Origin: a virus
Lineage: Duplodnaviria > Caudoviricetes
DNA: 48,296 nt
Direction: 5' to 3' (one strand)
Virus record (IMG/VR): IMGVR_UViG_3300030708_000704
Span: 1 to 48,296 of that record
The notes under the pieces were generated by a model that did not search any database, had not been told where the DNA came from, and saw only the letters and a list, made by a program, of their open reading frames with translations. Both the position numbers and the translations under genes were made by a program. This document shows positions 46,008 through 48,296 of the stretch, piece after piece (within the stretch, counting starts at the first letter, position 1; every line of letters starts with the position of its first letter).

Positions 46008-47132
46008 ATGCCTACTAGTCCCTATTTTCCAACTTACTACGCAGGTCATAGTGGCGAGCAAGGTCTCGTTCAGGATCTGGTAGACGAGCAAATTAAACTA
46101 TTTGGATCTGATGTATATTACATCCCTAAGATAGTTCTGCAAGATAGCACTCTGGATGAAGTTAGATACACAAAGTATCAAGAACAATTCCAAATCGAAA
46201 TGCTGCTACAGAATGTCACAGGTTTTGGTGACAACGCAGAATTCATCAGTAAGTTTGGTTTAAAAATCACAGATGAAATTATCTTCCGTGTTTCTAGTAG
46301 GAGATGGGATGAGGAAGTAGCAGAGCATAGTCCTAACCTAACAGTAGACAGCAGACCCAATGAAGGTGATCTACTGTACTTCCCACTAACAAAAGATATC
46401 TACGAAATCAAATTTGTTGGTAAGGAAGAACCTTTCTTCCAGTTTGGCAAGATTCAATTCTATGCCATCACTGCTGAAATCTATGAGGTTGGTAGTGACG
46501 ACTTTGATACTGGTATTGCAGAGATTGATGCAGTCGAACAACTCTTTGATAATGCTATCAAACTCTTCATGGATCCTGGTGGTACAGGAGACTTCTCTGT
46601 AGGTGAAGAGGTTGTTGGTGATGAATTCCTAGCAAAAGCAACTGCTGCTATTACTGGTGATGCTGTTACAGGTATAACTATTACTGACGGTGGATCGCAT
46701 TATAAACAAGCGACTCCGCCAACCGTTACTATTACAGGAGGTGGAGGAAATGGGGCAACCGCAACCGCTACGGTTAGTAGCACAGGCATTGTTAATGGTA
46801 TTACTGTCACTAGCCCTGGGTCAGGTTATACTTCTGCACCTACTATCGTCATTGATTATTCACCAAAAGACAACAGAGCAGAAGTCAAGTCCTGGGATAG
46901 CGCAACCAGAACTCTCCAAGTCATCAACAGAACAGGAACCTTCACTACTGCTGAAGTAATTACTGGTCTAACTTCAGGTGCTAAGTGGAGTCCTGAAACA
47001 TTTGACACTCTAAATAACTCCAACAGTGACTACGATCAGAATAGACAGATCGAAGATAGTGGAGATGAAATTATTGACTGGACTGAGGGCAACCCATTCG
47101 GTGAGTATGGCAATTTTACAGGTAGTATCTAA
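46008..47132 (+). CDS. gp14: Neck protein gp14 (with an inserted GxGY beta module)
   Basis: EQGLVQDLVDEQIKLFGSDVYYIP, SKFGL, RPNEGDLLYFP, PFFQFGK and DWTEGNPFG. Confidence 0.93.
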   Translation: MPTSPYFPTYYAGHSGEQGLVQDLVDEQIKLFGSDVYYIPKIVLQDSTLDEVRYTKYQEQFQIEMLLQNVTGFGDNAEFISKFGLKITDEIIFRVSSRRWDEEVAEHSPNLTVDSRPNEGDLLYFPLTKDIYEIKFVGKEEPFFQFGKIQFYAITAEIYEVGSDDFDTGIAEIDAVEQLFDNAIKLFMDPGGTGDFSVGEEVVGDEFLAKATAAITGDAVTGITITDGGSHYKQATPPTVTITGGGGNGATATATVSSTGIVNGITVTSPGSGYTSAPTIVIDYSPKDNRAEVKSWDSATRTLQVINRTGTFTTAEVITGLTSGAKWSPETFDTLNNSNSDYDQNRQIEDSGDEIIDWTEGNPFGEYGNFTGSI

Positions 47133-47932
47133 TGTTAGGATCACATTTTTATAATCAAATTGTTCGTAAGAACATTATTGCGTTTGGTACGCTCTTCAAT
47201 AATATTGAAATGAAGAGCACGGATCCTAGCGACGGCACTGTTTTAGAGACTACTAAAGTGCCACTGGCATATGGTCCAAAGCAAAAGTTTCTTGTTAGAT
47301 TAGAAGAGAACAATTCTAACAGAAAAGTATCGATTACTTTACCCCGTCTCTATTTTGAGATGACAGGCATTGATTACGATCCTTCCCGTAAAACATCACC
47401 AATTCAAAAATACAAAACAGTCATTGATGATAATGGTGATGAAGTCCGAGTTCAATATGTTCCTGTTCCTTATAATCTAAGTTTTGAACTAGGAGTTATT
47501 GCTAAGTCTCAGGACGATGCATTACAAATTACAGAACAAATCTTACCATATTTTCAACCATCATTTTCAGTTACTCTGAATATGATTCCAGATATGAATG
47601 AGAAGAAAGACATCGCCATTGTCTTAAACAATGTAAGTTATGAAGATCAATGGGATGATAGTTTTTATGAGCGTAGATATATCATCTATACACTAAGCTT
47701 CACTATGAAGTCTTATCTCTACGGTCCATATAACAAGTCTGACATCATTAAGAAAGCAATCATCCACGAAACAATGGGTGATCTTAATGTCAACCGCAGA
47801 ACAGTTACAAGAACATATACACCAAAAGCAACAACAGATATTAACTCTGACGGTAACATCGATGCAGCAGATGATGCATTGCTAACGGCAGATGATGATT
47901 TCGGATTTAATGAAGGAATTGAATTCTTATGA
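47132..47932 (+). CDS. gp15: Tail sheath stabiliser/terminator gp15
   Basis: FYNQIVRK..FGTLFNNI, KVPLAYGPKQKF, TLPRL and QITEQILPYFQP. Confidence 0.93.
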   Translation: MLGSHFYNQIVRKNIIAFGTLFNNIEMKSTDPSDGTVLETTKVPLAYGPKQKFLVRLEENNSNRKVSITLPRLYFEMTGIDYDPSRKTSPIQKYKTVIDDNGDEVRVQYVPVPYNLSFELGVIAKSQDDALQITEQILPYFQPSFSVTLNMIPDMNEKKDIAIVLNNVSYEDQWDDSFYERRYIIYTLSFTMKSYLYGPYNKSDIIKKAIIHETMGDLNVNRRTVTRTYTPKATTDINSDGNIDAADDALLTADDDFGFNEGIEFL

Positions 47933-48296
47933 GTAACCTAGAAGAAAACATGGAGGAAATCCTCAACATTGATGTGGAAGTTAGTGAACCAACTAAACCA
48001 GTTCCACCCAAGGTTGATAAGGATGACAGGACAAAAGACTATGAGTATACTCGTGGAGAATTATACTCACTCATAGATCAGGGTCAGGAGGCGGTCAGAG
48101 GCGCTTTAGAGGTCGCTCAGGAGTCAGGGCATCCAAGAGCGTATGAAGTCGCTGTAGCGGCGATGAAGCATGTTGCAGACATGACTGAGAAACTACAAGC
48201 TCTTCATAAGAATATGAAGGATCTTGACGAAGAAAAGAAAGGTCCATCCAAGGTCACCAACAATGCTATGTTTGTTGGTAGCACTGCTGAGCTACA
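47929..48296 (+). CDS. gp16: Terminase small subunit gp16 (truncated by window end)
   Basis: Not in the ORF track. The ATG at 47929 overlaps the gp15 stop and reads MSNLEENMEE...DYEYTRGELYSLIDQGQEA...ESGHPRAYEV...TNNAMFVGSTAEL. Confidence 0.9.
   Translation, partial: MSNLEENMEEILNIDVEVSEPTKPVPPKVDKDDRTKDYEYTRGELYSLIDQGQEAVRGALEVAQESGHPRAYEVAVAAMKHVADMTEKLQALHKNMKDLDEEKKGPSKVTNNAMFVGSTAEL

Noticed and set aside
3322-46959. Many 60-160-aa ORFs on the minus strand or in alternative frames inside the large genes
   Set aside because: They are fully nested in well-supported genes, have no recognisable motifs or RBS, and are expected shadows of Thr/Gly/Val-rich biased codon usage.

Overview
This window is the virion baseplate/fibre/neck gene block of a T4-like marine myovirus, most likely a cyanophage (Synechococcus/Prochlorococcus type; inferred from gene content and protein motifs). 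All real genes are on the + strand. Order: tail of a small basic protein, SET-domain protein, conserved hypothetical, 2OG-Fe(II) oxygenase, small hypothetical, gp25, gp6, giant gp7-like wedge protein (3663 aa), gp8, terminator, VrlC/DUF4815-like structural protein (2723 aa), small hypothetical, two giant fibre-like proteins (1716 and 3565 aa) separated by a 166-aa gene, a variable cassette (LamG lectin, polyglycine protein, two repeat proteins, second 2OG oxygenase), then gp13, gp14, gp15 and the start of gp16. T4-type late promoters (TATAAATA and variants) punctuate the block. The most striking observation is that both giant fibre proteins appear to be built by 'matryoshka' nesting: several N-halves of a repeat in a row, followed by the matching C-halves. 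In the 1716-aa protein the innermost layer is a cupredoxin-like module with an intact type-1 copper ligand pattern. The SET gene beside a Lys/Arg-rich peptide and a 2OG oxygenase is a second candidate system. All calls come from reading the sequence; no database searches were run.
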